A stretch of DNA of 64,000 bases from a virus, in IMG/VR virus record IMGVR_UViG_3300014913_000007, positions 89,390-153,389 of that record. One strand, 5' to 3'. Below are positions 26,123 through 39,000 of this stretch, piece after piece. Every line of letters starts with the position of its first letter. Position 1 is the first letter of the stretch. The position numbers and the translations under genes were made by a program. Below the pieces are notes generated by a model. It was not told the DNA's origin. It worked only from the letters and a program-made list of their open reading frames with translations, and did not search any database.

Positions 26123-28351
26123 TTAAACAGTACCTGAGATCGTAGAAGCTAGATCAGCTATTTCTACTCCAGAAATAGTTGCTACTAAATCGGGTGTCTC
26201 GGTATCTACTATAATATCAGTACTTATAACTTTAGTCAAGACCACTGTTTTCTGTCCATTCTCTAGGACTACTACTTTAGGTATGTATTCAATTCCTAAA
26301 GTATCAACTAGTGTATGTTTAGTATAATCAGTATAATTAGAGATTAAGTGTGCGTTTAAATCTTGTAAGTCTCCAGTACCTTCTATACTTGCATTTAATA
26401 TAGGTTGATTAGCTACTGGTAATATTTTAGTTTTCAAATCCTTAATATATCTTGAGTCTATCGGTAATACTTCTGCACCTAAATCATCCAGATCACCTTT
26501 GGATGTAATTGTGGCAAACAAGTTTTGACTTATTTCAGATACAGCACACATAATTCCGAATTTTATTGCCTCGTCCACACTCTCAAAATCCTCCAAGTTG
26601 TCTATAACACACCGTTTTACATTAGTCTTTTGAGTAAGAACACTCGCTATATCTTCATCTATCTTATCAAAGCTCTCTACTATAATCTCTAATCTACTAT
26701 CAGGACTTAAACTTAGAGATGTGCCTGCCTCTTCTGAATAGTAATACTCTAAGGCATCTCCTTTAAAAAATATCCTTAAAGTTTTCCTCTCTCCAGTTTC
26801 AGTGTTTACCCACTCGCCTAATAAACTAATATCTTTCTTAACACTTGAATAATAAAGAGGAGTGATTTCAGCAGATAAGTCAGTAGAGGGTTGTATACCT
26901 TCAATAAATGCAAATAAGTCTCCAAATGGTGAGTTTGTTATAACAAGGGGTATCACTGCCTCAGATGTGGCTGGTTGATCCGCTATAAAGAAGACCCAAT
27001 CTTCACTAATTACCTGATTTTTCACATAAAATTTTATTAAATCTTCAGCTATAGCGTACTGACCAGCAATACCTACTACAGATGCTTCTATGTCTTTATT
27101 ATTTACGCCCTTAATACTAACATGTAAATCATTAAAACTACTAGAGAATTCACATGCAGACGCATTTATGAGAGCCTTAAAATCTCGATACGGAAAGGTA
27201 CTGATAGGTATAGAAGAATCTACATAAAAAACCTTTGGATATATAGTTGCAAACAACCTCCCTGGCTCTATTGCAGTGATTAATGAACTCAATGACTTAG
27301 AGTCCTTAAAGTCATAAAAAGCCTTTAAGTCTGAAGATACATTAGGAGATACCGAGGCATCTAAGTCTAATTGCTTTGTTATATCTCCATAAGGAGTTAT
27401 AGTTGCATTCAACAACTTCTGAGGAACAACTCCTATGGTGGCCCTCAAATCCTGTGTCTGTACCCCGTCTACTAGTGCATATAATAAAGTAGTATCCTCA
27501 GTTGATGCAAAAATATACCCTGTAAGACCCTTTAAATCACCCGTAGGAACGATCTCTGCTACGAGTGACCCATCAGGTAGTTTTCCAGATATAGAGCCAT
27601 ACAGAGGTGCTGTGGACAATCCTAGTAGGGATCCAATTAGACCTACTGGTTCATATCCTTCTATCTCAGCTGTTATGTCTAAAGGTTCATATCCTGCTAT
27701 GGTGGCATCTAGATTTAGGTGTCCTGAACCTAGTATTATAGCTCTTAATTGGTCTTCCTCTTCTACCCCAACAAATCCTTGAATCCCTGCTAATAAATCA
27801 TCAGTACCGAGACCTGTTCCAGATAGTAAAGCTTTAAAGCTATCAGTGTAGTAGGGATGATAGAGGCCAGATATTGAAGTATCATCCCAACCAATTATGT
27901 TTCCTGATAACTGGTCAAAAGCCAGTCCTGTTATGGTAGCAAGAAGATCTATTGGATCTATAGAAGCTATATTAGCATTTAAATTCAGACCTGTTACACC
28001 GATTAAAGTAGCTAGTAAATCCAGTGGAGGTATTGGTTCTATCTCAGCCATTAATCCAAACCCAGAGGATGTAGTTGGAACATAGTAACCGTTCAACGGT
28101 TGGATTACATATGGTATTGCTACCCCTGAAATTACTGCTACTAAATCTGGAGTAGTTGTACCAGAAACAGAATTAGTAGCTGTGCTTATTGTAGGATCTT
28201 CTCCAAAATAAATACTAAAGTTATAAGAAAATCCACCTTCTTTGTAGATTACATCTATATAATCAGTATTACTAAATAGAATATCAAAGTCTGTTTGACT
28301 TCTCCCTTCCCTACCACCTTTTCGAAAATTTAAGTTTTTAACTACCATCAT
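26123..28351 (-). CDS. Repetitive virion-like protein with DL.A.I repeats
   Basis: Roughly 30 copies of an approximately 12-14 aa [DN]L.A.I.[GP] unit. Confidence 0.7.
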   Translation of the reverse strand: MMVVKNLNFRKGGREGRSQTDFDILFSNTDYIDVIYKEGGFSYNFSIYFGEDPTISTATNSVSGTTTPDLVAVISGVAIPYVIQPLNGYYVPTTSSGFGLMAEIEPIPPLDLLATLIGVTGLNLNANIASIDPIDLLATITGLAFDQLSGNIIGWDDTSISGLYHPYYTDSFKALLSGTGLGTDDLLAGIQGFVGVEEEDQLRAIILGSGHLNLDATIAGYEPLDITAEIEGYEPVGLIGSLLGLSTAPLYGSISGKLPDGSLVAEIVPTGDLKGLTGYIFASTEDTTLLYALVDGVQTQDLRATIGVVPQKLLNATITPYGDITKQLDLDASVSPNVSSDLKAFYDFKDSKSLSSLITAIEPGRLFATIYPKVFYVDSSIPISTFPYRDFKALINASACEFSSSFNDLHVSIKGVNNKDIEASVVGIAGQYAIAEDLIKFYVKNQVISEDWVFFIADQPATSEAVIPLVITNSPFGDLFAFIEGIQPSTDLSAEITPLYYSSVKKDISLLGEWVNTETGERKTLRIFFKGDALEYYYSEEAGTSLSLSPDSRLEIIVESFDKIDEDIASVLTQKTNVKRCVIDNLEDFESVDEAIKFGIMCAVSEISQNLFATITSKGDLDDLGAEVLPIDSRYIKDLKTKILPVANQPILNASIEGTGDLQDLNAHLISNYTDYTKHTLVDTLGIEYIPKVVVLENGQKTVVLTKVISTDIIVDTETPDLVATISGVEIADLASTISGTV

Positions 28352-29327
28352 AAAAAGTTATAGTTCCAGAACCTGCCACTCCTGAAGCTGTAAGAGATAA
28401 TGCCCTAGCCCCTACTGATGGAGTATTGTTAGCTGAAACTAATATATAGTCTCCTGAGAAAGGTATGTATGTTGTATAATCACCTCCAGAGGAAGTAACT
28501 TGTATATCCGCTAGTTCATTATCAGAGGTATTAATTAGATATACGGAAGTTCCTGACGCTGGTAAGTCTCTAGTATCATATACTGTACCACTTATGACAA
28601 AGGCTGGGTCATCTCCAGCAAGTGAATCAACTAAAAAAGTATCGTATATACCGCTAATACTGGTTGGACTAAGTTCCTCACTATATGTGGCAATATATCC
28701 CATCTTTACAGGAGGTTCATAAAAACTTACTGGCAATCCAAGAAGTGTTTCAAGATCTGTTCCACCGGAGTATGCATTATCAGGTACTGTTGAGGTTTGA
28801 TTAATGTATACTCCATCTAAGTATAACTTAGCTATTGGAGTACCCTTATTCACAGTAAGTACTGCACAGTGCCACGTATCTAAATCTATATTGCCTGTGG
28901 GTACTTCTATAACCATGGTGTTATTTACATAAAATCTTATTCTATGATTATCAAAACTTGTTTTATAAAGGAATAAACCAGTATTAGCCCCAGATACTCC
29001 ACCGTTCTCACAGTATAATCCTGTAACACCATTATTTCCCGTAGTACCTGCATTATCATATAGATTAAACCAACAAATAAAGCTTCGAGTAGTATAGGAT
29101 CCTGAATAATTACCCTTACAACCTACATATTCACTCTCTCTATCAAAAACATAACCATCTCTAGTAGTATTAGCATTCAAAGATATTCCGGGTCTATAAC
29201 TGAAGTCTGGAAGAGTAGTTACTGATTGAACAGTACCTAGTACATCTACTGCGGGTATATTATCTATGTTATCTACTGGATATGTTCCACTAAAACTTGT
29301 AAAGTCTACTTCCCAAATCTTTACCAT
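28338..29327 (-). CDS. LamG/concanavalin-like + carboxypeptidase-regulatory-like (Ig) protein
   Basis: SFICWF...WHCAVLTV...LYLDG...YSEELS; C-terminal ISGTVYD...P..G..VYL...T...G.Y. Confidence 0.7.
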   Translation of the reverse strand: MVKIWEVDFTSFSGTYPVDNIDNIPAVDVLGTVQSVTTLPDFSYRPGISLNANTTRDGYVFDRESEYVGCKGNYSGSYTTRSFICWFNLYDNAGTTGNNGVTGLYCENGGVSGANTGLFLYKTSFDNHRIRFYVNNTMVIEVPTGNIDLDTWHCAVLTVNKGTPIAKLYLDGVYINQTSTVPDNAYSGGTDLETLLGLPVSFYEPPVKMGYIATYSEELSPTSISGIYDTFLVDSLAGDDPAFVISGTVYDTRDLPASGTSVYLINTSDNELADIQVTSSGGDYTTYIPFSGDYILVSANNTPSVGARALSLTASGVAGSGTITFYDGS

Positions 29328-29328
29328 A

Positions 29329-30255
29329 TTAAACCTCGTCGTCGTATATTATTATTTGTTCTCCACTTGTTACCGTAAGTGAGGATGCCCTGCCCCCTGG
29401 AGTACCTGACTTTGAAGTATAGATACTATACTCTCCGGGAGATGGAAATCTAACAGTATAAACACCATTTGACTCACTTACAGTTTCATCTACTACCAGA
29501 CCTTCTACATGATCATATATTATTACATTTGCCTCTGGTAGTGGATCTCCCTCTAAGTCTCTAACTACCCCTACCATCTTAGTAAATGGGTAAGGATTTT
29601 TTGCGTCTAATAGAAAGTTAAGGTACATTGCAGTCACTTCTTCCTGACTTAATACTCTATCATAAGTAGATATGTACCCTAATGCAGTATCTGACTCACT
29701 ATCTGTCGCTAACTGTCCCATTTTAGAATTACCTGAGTTAGTAGGAGGCATAACACTATCTGAATATACATTATTAGCATTATAATAGCATTCATACTCA
29801 TCACTTAGTCTATCAACTGTTACTATTGCGTTGTGCCATCCGACATTTGTACCAGAGGAAGCAGTTGCTACTGTAGTACCACTCCTTACAAACTCAAGTC
29901 CTGAAGTTGCTAATGCAAATCCATTATCTCCATCTCCCCATATGTAATTAGTATTTCCACTATCGTGACTTGAACTGTAACTGTAATACCAAACTACAAA
30001 ACTTCTCTTACTAGTTGGGGAGTAAGTACTTCCTATTTTAAGTGCCTCTGCACCAGAAACTGCACTATCAAACTCGTAGAAATCTGCTACATTATCTACT
30101 GAAAAGTATACCCCAGGTCTAAATACGAAGTCCGGTAATACATTAGTTATATTAGGAGATCCAGAAGTAGTTCCACTTAAAGTAGTGTTACTGATATTAT
30201 CTACTGGAACTAAATCAGTGAATCGAGTAAAATCTATTTCGGATAACTTAATCAT
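29329..30255 (-). CDS. LamG-like + Ig-like protein, paralogue of the neighbouring gene
   Basis: Shared IDFT.F...PVDNI, LPDF..RPG, RSF..W, WH.A..TV, GYI.TY...LS. Confidence 0.7.
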   Translation of the reverse strand: MIKLSEIDFTRFTDLVPVDNISNTTLSGTTSGSPNITNVLPDFVFRPGVYFSVDNVADFYEFDSAVSGAEALKIGSTYSPTSKRSFVVWYYSYSSSHDSGNTNYIWGDGDNGFALATSGLEFVRSGTTVATASSGTNVGWHNAIVTVDRLSDEYECYYNANNVYSDSVMPPTNSGNSKMGQLATDSESDTALGYISTYDRVLSQEEVTAMYLNFLLDAKNPYPFTKMVGVVRDLEGDPLPEANVIIYDHVEGLVVDETVSESNGVYTVRFPSPGEYSIYTSKSGTPGGRASSLTVTSGEQIIIYDDEV

Positions 30256-30263
30256 AACTACTC

Positions 30264-33056
30264 CTACAACTTATCTGTAAACATCCATGCTTTTATACTT
30301 AATAAATCAGTACTTAGATTGTTTACTGAATCAAAATTGTACTTTAAATAGACAGGCTTAGACTCTCCTACCTGCACGTCCTCTAAAAGTATTACTGGTG
30401 GAAACTCCACAGACTCTACTATTGCATTGTCCTCTGGTCTAGGACTTGTAGTCTTCACTGTTAGTTGAATCTGTACGAAGTCTGTTTTAGGTATTAAAGG
30501 ACTATTAACAGTAATTGGAAAGAACTCTAAGCTTCCAGCGGTTCCATATAAAGGATCCTCTATGTGTAGAGGTATAGCTCTATCATCTTCTGAACTAGGC
30601 TCTAATCCTACTCTGTTTACTGTTAGATATTTAAATCCTTCATCAGCGTCTACTGTTTCAGATAGACTAAAGAATTCAAAAGTATGTTGAGACTTTAACT
30701 CCTCTATTTTGAAAGCAGGTATACTTCCAGAACCTATTTCCTGACCGTCAAAGTGAAGACTGTACGCTCCAGTATCCCAATCTACTACCCATACAACTTC
30801 ATAGGAATTTCCAGCACTTGCTGACATGTTATAGGTAGAAGTGGTACTCCCATTATATACTTTTATTGCTGAAAAAGATCCACCAGTATCTGAAGACCTA
30901 CCAAAAATGAGTGATATGAAGTCATCATCAGACCTTTCTGCAGTCTCTAAATCTCTATTAGGTAAACTACCTGTCTCTAATGTATCAATAAAGGGTGCTA
31001 AATAGAACCTTGAATACTTAGTAGATCCTGAAAGTCTATCTGTTGCAGGATTCCACCAGAACTTATATTGCATTTTACTGGAAGTTCCAAGAGGGAAACC
31101 AAAAGTAACGTAACCACTGTTATAATCTCCTACTCCTGCCTGATGACTAAAAGTTAGTATATCACTATCTGAAGTAATAATAGTATCATTAAACACTCCT
31201 TGTACCCAAACATCTGGGTCTAAAGCAGTCCCAAAACTCTCTACTACATTATCAGATGCGGGTGTTTCATTGGATCCTCTAATTTGAAAGTTCGCTACCC
31301 CTAAACTGTCATCAAACTTAAGAACACTGCTATCATTATCTATAAGGTTCATATAAATTCTTCTGAAGTTTTCTGCCTCTTCCATTCGCATGACCGGAGA
31401 TAACCATGTTCCAACTACTGGAGCGTTGTAATCCTCTAGAGATATCTCACTTAATATAAGTGCTTCCTGATATGAGTCATCGTCTCCCTCTGTTTGAAAC
31501 AGTAAGGTATTATCAAATCCTACTATTATATCATCATATGTATTAGTAGGACTTAAAACTAAAACTGGATTAGAACTCCACAGACCAGTAACAGGATCAT
31601 ATTCGTATACATTCTCACCATCTAAGTTTAACCAGACCTTGTTTATATCGGGCCTTGCAGTTAAACCATTAACAAATGTACCTAATGAAGCATGATCTGC
31701 TAAAGTATACCAAATGTTACTGCTTATATTATACCTATGGAATCTTCTACCATTATTTGGTCCAGAAGCAAAATAAATGTCATCACCTAACTGACAAAAC
31801 CCGTTTAAAGCATCGTCTGGACTTTCAGTCATGTTGGCCATCCTAGTCTGTACTTCTGTAGTAGTATTAATTCTCCAGACTTGATAGCTTACAGAACTAG
31901 AAGATCCAGCTGAAGACATTGCTCCCATAACATATAAATTACCTTCATAATAAAAAATCGCTTTACATTTTCTATTATAGAAACTGAGACCCGTCATAAA
32001 GGTGGAGTGTGTATCTGTTGATATCTCATATCTCTGCAACTCTTGAGTGTCTTTACCGTTTAAGTAATAAATATAATCTCCACCATCCCAAGCTAAACAA
32101 GTGTAGTTTTGTTCATCTGTGTTTGAAGGACTGTTTACTGGTAGGGATGAGATAGTCCTAGTGTTAGTTACTGCATTCATTAAATAAATTCTATGGTTGG
32201 TTTTTGTTCTTGCGAACACTTTGTTACCATCTTTGTCTATTACTTCTATACCTATTGATCCTGTTGATTCATTATTCGATTCTGATAGGGTTATAGTATC
32301 TCCCTCTCCTAACCCAGCTACTGGATTATTAGGATTAGACACTGCCAGCTTATTATCAGCTGTTACCGTGGTATTTTCAAAAACTCCCCATTCCCATGGA
32401 ATTGCACTTGGTATGCTCAGTTCAGAGTCGAAACTTAGGAAAGTTCCTGTGGTGGTTGTGGATAGTTCTAACTTCTTTAGTAGATCATAATCCACATCAG
32501 AGGTATCAGCTGAGACAAACATATCAGTAGGGATTGTTCCATCATTTCTTACATCTAATTCGTAGATTGTACTTGTTTCCGAGAAGGCTCCTCCAGTTAG
32601 GTTAAAAGATTGCAGGTTTCCATCCTCTCCAAAGTTTACTTCTGTATCATTATTTATTACTTCCAAACTTGTGAGGGTTAGAGGACTGCCTGAAGGTACT
32701 ACGTGATCTACTTTAAAATATCTAGGATAATCAAAGCCACTAGTAGTTGGTTCGACTCTGACACTTTGACCTATTAAACTTAGACTTCCAGCTGTTAGAT
32801 TATCTAAATCTCTACCGTATTGAATAGTTAGTCCAGAGGTGCTAACTGGAGTAAATCCATAATCTAACCTATCTATTGACTTTTGAGTGCCAAGATCTAG
32901 TAACAGGCTTAGTGTACCACCAGAGACTGAGATGCTGGCTCCTGAGCTTGAAATTAAGTCAGCTACTTGCTGTGCATCTAAACCTATTGATGTTCCTGAT
33001 GTAAGTGGCTCCTCATTTGTTATAAAAGATTCGCTTAAAATATTAAATTCAGCCAT
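30264..33056 (-). CDS. Large acidic virion-like protein with a Kelch/beta-propeller region
   Basis: GGDYIYY...RYEI...; GNLYVMG; DDIYF...RYNISSNIW; YEYDP..W. Confidence 0.65.
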   Translation of the reverse strand: MAEFNILSESFITNEEPLTSGTSIGLDAQQVADLISSSGASISVSGGTLSLLLDLGTQKSIDRLDYGFTPVSTSGLTIQYGRDLDNLTAGSLSLIGQSVRVEPTTSGFDYPRYFKVDHVVPSGSPLTLTSLEVINNDTEVNFGEDGNLQSFNLTGGAFSETSTIYELDVRNDGTIPTDMFVSADTSDVDYDLLKKLELSTTTTGTFLSFDSELSIPSAIPWEWGVFENTTVTADNKLAVSNPNNPVAGLGEGDTITLSESNNESTGSIGIEVIDKDGNKVFARTKTNHRIYLMNAVTNTRTISSLPVNSPSNTDEQNYTCLAWDGGDYIYYLNGKDTQELQRYEISTDTHSTFMTGLSFYNRKCKAIFYYEGNLYVMGAMSSAGSSSSVSYQVWRINTTTEVQTRMANMTESPDDALNGFCQLGDDIYFASGPNNGRRFHRYNISSNIWYTLADHASLGTFVNGLTARPDINKVWLNLDGENVYEYDPVTGLWSSNPVLVLSPTNTYDDIIVGFDNTLLFQTEGDDDSYQEALILSEISLEDYNAPVVGTWLSPVMRMEEAENFRRIYMNLIDNDSSVLKFDDSLGVANFQIRGSNETPASDNVVESFGTALDPDVWVQGVFNDTIITSDSDILTFSHQAGVGDYNSGYVTFGFPLGTSSKMQYKFWWNPATDRLSGSTKYSRFYLAPFIDTLETGSLPNRDLETAERSDDDFISLIFGRSSDTGGSFSAIKVYNGSTTSTYNMSASAGNSYEVVWVVDWDTGAYSLHFDGQEIGSGSIPAFKIEELKSQHTFEFFSLSETVDADEGFKYLTVNRVGLEPSSEDDRAIPLHIEDPLYGTAGSLEFFPITVNSPLIPKTDFVQIQLTVKTTSPRPEDNAIVESVEFPPVILLEDVQVGESKPVYLKYNFDSVNNLSTDLLSIKAWMFTDKL

Positions 33057-33057
33057 C

Positions 33058-36000
33058 TTATCCTCTCCTCCATCTAGTTCTTAGATGCGCTTTTCTTGCT
33101 AAGTTTCTAGTATCCTTAGGTAAATCTGTTTTTATCCAGACTCTAAGAGAATCCCCTGGCGGTACATTCTCTATTAATATAGGCAAGTTATTACTAGTTC
33201 CTTCATAAAAATTTACTCCATCTATGGATATTTTAATTTTATCCTTCAGAGTTTGTAGTTGTGAGAATTCAAATTTCTTTGGTTCTCTACTTATGATAAC
33301 ATTTTCTATCCCTGCAGTCACGCTTTTTAGGTCAGGTACTATCTTCCCTGGCACTGAACTTAGGTATTCGTCTGTTATATTCATTGCTATATCTATTTCT
33401 GGTGCTTTTCCACCTATAAAGAAGTAACTATTCTTAGTTATCTCTATATCCCAAGTAGTGGTAAAGTGCATTATGGATATATCATTAAACCATATTCTTA
33501 CAGTTGATCCTGCTATCTGGTCTATCTCTTTTCCAGAACTGTCCCAGGCTATACTAAACTTAAAGGGTTTATACTTCTCTATATCAAAAACCCTACCAGT
33601 TACTAAGCTAATTCTATTAGTTTTAGTAGTAATAGTTAGTGTAAAACCTGAAAACGCTGAGTAAGTACATGTTAAACTCTCATCTAGTTCATTAACTGCT
33701 GTAAATACTGTGAACGCTTCCGACTTGGTTACTGTAGTGTTTGCTTGAAAGTCCCAATCAGGTGTTATCCACGCTTCAAAGAATCCTTTATCAATTCTAA
33801 ACCCTGACAGTGGATAGTATAGATACTCCAAGTTATTTAAGTAAAGAGTATCGTTATATTTTCCAGGTAAGCTAAAATTCTCACGTACTATCTTAAAATT
33901 ATCTAACCAAACATTTATATCCACACTAGTAGTATCTAAAGGTTTAAGCTCTAGTTCTACAAAACCTAAAGGTCCGTTTTTAAAGTCAACTCTAGATTCT
34001 AAATCCGATCTATCAACTGAGTTTAAATTAATTCCAGGTATTCCCTGTATAGGTGCATCTTTAAATCTGAAGTTATATCTCTCTAACTCTGTAGAAGCTA
34101 TATCCCCCTCTATAGAAGCTAATGACCATTCATAATAGTAAGTGGAGTCCTGCCCAACCCTGATGAAGCAGTTATCTAAGTCTAGCAGCTCAGGTGAGTC
34201 AATTTTTAAAGAGACACTTAGGAAATCCTGTATTGACCAGTTTTCATCAATGTCTATTCTGGCAGCTGTACCTATTGTAACTGTCTCAGACTCTTCGTTA
34301 CCGCTTAGGTATGTTATTTTTAGTGACCTTCTACCTCCGTCCCTAACATTTGGATCATTATCTACATCTATTACTGCAGCAGGTTTATTAGTATCTTCAT
34401 ATAAGTATACATCTCCTACAGTAACTGTACTTTCATGTACGGTAGAACCATATGTTATATCTTCAAATAATACTCTAAATCCACTAAGAGTTACTGGAGA
34501 GGTAAAATTGGCTCTATAAGTATCTCCTCCGTTAAAGACAAGCTCTAAATTGTCATCATCCTCTAACTCTCCCTCTGTATACACCTCTTCAACAAGGTCA
34601 CTTTCAGTATATATAGTGTACCAGTTAGATTCGATAGTTGGATCTTCTCCAGATAATGTTTGAAAGGTAAGAGTATTTGGTTTACCTACAGCTGAGTCAG
34701 GTATTCTAATTCCAAACCCATTTGCAGTTACTTCATAAAACTCTATATAAGTATCCTCTATATCTGAAGTTTCAATAGGTGGAAAGTCTATTCCAGATAT
34801 TGAGTAAGATACTCCAGAGGATGTTACAAATAAATTACCAAAAGCTCTCCACGCATTATAGCTGGAGGCTTGCATGATTACATTAGTAGTAAGGTCTTCG
34901 TCAAATAACTGATCCGTTCTACTGGTTTCCATGTTATCACTTACTCTAACTGATGCGGATCCATATAAGAAGTCTTCTGCATTGTTAACTTCAAAAGCTG
35001 TCAATTTAGCTATATTATTCTCTTCTAGGTAAGGAACTGTAAACCAACTTGCATATTCCGTAAAGTCTACTATACTTTTATATTCACTTGCATTATTAAG
35101 AAATACTCCATCTGTACTTGCTTGGAAAGTCGCAGCTAACTTTTGTAAATTGGTACCATCTGTTATATCAAAGGTCTCATTTTTAAAGGACAACCATCTA
35201 ATATCTCCTGAAAACTTATCCTCTTCAGAGTAATCCACCCAGCTGTCCCAGGAAACTTCTTTTGGATTGTCTTTATTGGTTGCTGAAGATGTTTGTTTAG
35301 CCTCAGCAGTCCATCCATTGAATCCAGGTCTACCTGAATATTCCTGATTTGAGGTATCCAGAAGTTCATAGAAAGCAACACTAAAAGTCTCTAGTAAATC
35401 TACTGCAATAACTGGATAATCTAGCTGACTAACCGCTGTTTGAGTGTCTCCATCTGTGAGTATGTTTCCTAAGGACTCCCACTCAGAGTTTGTAAACTTG
35501 CTATCTGGCAATCTAGTAATATCTGGATAGATTCTTAATATATCTAAGTAAGTAACATTAGTTTCTGTTACTGGTACTGCATCCTCTAAGAAGAGTACCC
35601 ATCTAGCATTAAGTACTGTAGAATTTCCCCATAACACTGAAGCTATATCCGAAGTATCTGAGCTTGAATACTGTGTCCTATATGCTTTCCAGAGATCTTT
35701 TCCAGTATTAGTGTAAATCTGCATTATATCTAGATTATAAACTGTTCCCAAATCAACGGCTATTGCTTTTGCACCATAATCCGTAACCAAATCTACTTTA
35801 TTATCTTCTTCTACCTCTCCAAGAGAACCTATCATCTTTGGAAATTTGAAGCTAATATTGTAAGAGGAAAAAGTAGACTCTCCTGCAAACTGGAAAGAGT
35901 TTATACTTTGGTAAGGTGTGACACCCGCTGCATATCTATAAGGTCTTACATTTCCAGTCTGTGTTTCCCAATAGTTACCTATAAACACCTTTAAAGGATC

Positions 36001-39000
36001 TGTTAAATTATAACTTAGTAAGTCTATTGAGAAGACGGGATCTGTTCCCCACTGAAACTCATTAGTTCCATTTACAGAATCAATATAATAAAAGTGTAAA
36101 CTATCTACTCCAGATTTTACTTCTCTAGTTAGGTACATTGAGTATTCTACTCCATCATCCCACTGCCCATATGATCCATCACCTACTGTGAGTATGTCTG
36201 CTACTTGTACTGAACTTAATGTTCCTATGTTACTGTCTCGTACCTCATAATATATGCGCTGTATAGGACCCAAACTTATTGCATTCCTATCGTAGTTTCG
36301 AATTCTTTTACGTATGTATATTTTTCTTCCATTTCCATCTACTATTCCAATGGTTGCTCCCCTCTTGTTGCAGCATAGTCCTCTAACATCTGTCTCTGCA
36401 AGTACAGAAGCTGTAAAACTTCCTACCACATTCCAAGAACTATGAAGCTCTGCATTAAGTGGTGGATTAGGATTAGCTAAAGTATCACCATCTACACCTT
36501 GAATACTAAACCCTGGATCGTCTCCATAGTTTATCTTCCCTCCAGGAATGAGTACACCTGTATCTGGGGCAGTCTGTGGAAAGTTCTCGTGATAGCCAGC
36601 TAACCATCTGCTTCCGTAACTTACTCCACGTATAAAGTAGTCAGACTCATTTTCGAACCTTGAAGATTCGTAGTATAATTTCTTAGAAGCTAGATTTTTT
36701 AACCCATAACAAGGTGAGTTGATAGCTATAGTCTCAGTTATTCTTAAATCAAAGTCCTCATTCTGCTCTATTACACCTGCTGGACCTATTTCAGGTAATC
36801 TTACATCCTCTTCAGTATTCATGGAAGACTTAAGAATTAAATCATCTGCTATCTCTTCAGTCTCTATGTATAGTTCTACGCTTGAACTTTCACAAGCTCT
36901 GTTCACTACCTCTACTACCTCCGCAGCTGACTCCTCTCCCTTCTCTATTTCAGGAGCTATTAGTTCTAGAGGTTTTTTAGTTTGATAGTCCTTATATCTA
37001 ACAGTATCATCAGAACTTTCTGCGTAAAATTCAGAGATTGCAAAAGTTGTACCGGGACTAGATACTATTCTAAGATATCTAGTTGGAAATCCTATATTGA
37101 ATCTTGCTTTATTCTCTGAAATTAATTTTGGATCTACTCTCTGAAATTCAACTCCATCTATTGAGAAGTAAAACTCTAGAGACTCATCTAATCCTGAAGC
37201 AGAATCTGTTTTAGATATAAGTTCCACTTCTGACATTTTAGTGGAAACATGTGCCCTACATGCCCACCTAACTGCTGTAGTATTAACTGAATCAAATTTC
37301 TTCTGTAATAAAATATAAGGATTCTTATTATAAGTATCTACTACTTCACCTGACGATGGGTTAAATGCGGATAGTTGGGCATCAAATGTCGTATCAAAAT
37401 GTTTCTGAAATTCCACTAACTGATCAAGATCATCTCTGTGAAGCCTTAATCTATCTAAGTATACTTGTTCGTACTCTGAGGAATTACCTAGCCCTATTCT
37501 TTCAAAGCCCTTTATCTCACTATCATATGTAGTACTTGAGTCTTTTAACCACTCTAGCGAGTAGTTCTCTGTATGTGGATATTCTTTAAAAAATAAGTTG
37601 AACTGTTGAATATTCTTTGGTACATCCCAAGTCATTCTTATCTCATAGGGATCTCCATAATAGTCATAGATCCTTTCATGAATTAGTGTCCCAGCTGTAG
37701 GAAATTCTATATCAATAGGGTCTTCTGGGTATGTAGGTGTCCACTCACCATCTCCTGATATGTAGCAATAAGCTGCTCTAGAGTCATCCCCTTCAAAGGT
37801 TCCAACACTTCCATTAGAGGCGAACCTCAATCCATCTGTCAATGTAAATACATTATATGCTATATTGTCGTGTATCTTATCCTCTGGTAGTGCTGAGATT
37901 GTATTAAAAACTCTATGAATGTGTGTACCTGAAACAAGTACTTGCAAGTTAAAGCCCTTACCTACAGCAGTTGCTATGTTATACTCTCTATCATGTGGTA
38001 ATACTTCTCCCACTACCTCAAAAAATTCTATATTCTCAGATTGAGGGAACTCTATATCGTATACTGCTCTAGTTTGCTTAAGCTTTGATCCTCCAAATAA
38101 ACCTATTCCTCGTATTCCTGCGCCAATAGGTGTGGAAACATTTATATTGTCTCCTATTAGATCTCCGTCTTCCTCTAAGTAGATTGCATCTACACTATTA
38201 TTTATATCATTTCCTGCATATACTTCTATTGCATTGTATATACCTATAAAATCTCCACGATGTACATACCAATTAACATCTACTCTATATGTATCGTGAT
38301 TTCTGGTATAAGTTTCTCCAGATTGTTCTATTCCTAACTGTGTCTCATTAATTAACGTTAAGTCTCCATCAATGTTTGGCCTGAAGTGTTTTAACTTTGC
38401 TATAGATTCTATAGTTAATTCTAAAGCAGAGGCTGTAGGTAAAACTGTATCAATACTTACTGCCCCATTATACTTGTGTACTTGTACTACTCCATAAGTT
38501 CCATTTCCAATGTAACCTGGTGTATCTATTATAACTAAGTCTCCTATATTTACGTTGGCTTCTTTAATACTACCTACACCTAGATTTATCCAACTACTTG
38601 TTATACTTGCATAACTGGTAGTTACTTTTACTTCTGCAACTTTGGGTAACTTACCATGAAAGAAGACTTCTTCTAAAAACCCCTCGTCTGTAGCTCTATG
38701 TAAGAAATCTATTAAAGTCTTATTAGTTCCACTGATTTTATTTAATCTTCCTGTAAATCCAGCATCATCTATCCCTATTTGTACAGTATTCAGTGTCGGA
38801 TTGTGGTATAAAACTTTGACATCTTCTTTGTTATTATCTATTAACCTATTTAAATCATAAGTTCTAGGTCTAAAAGTATTAGAGAAGTTAAATCCCTGAG
38901 AATGGGGCCTACCAGCTGAACTTATTCCTGCAGATATACCTTCCTCTGTAAAACCTAACGTATCAGAAAGGGTGGAGTCTAAATGTTTGCTTACTACAAC

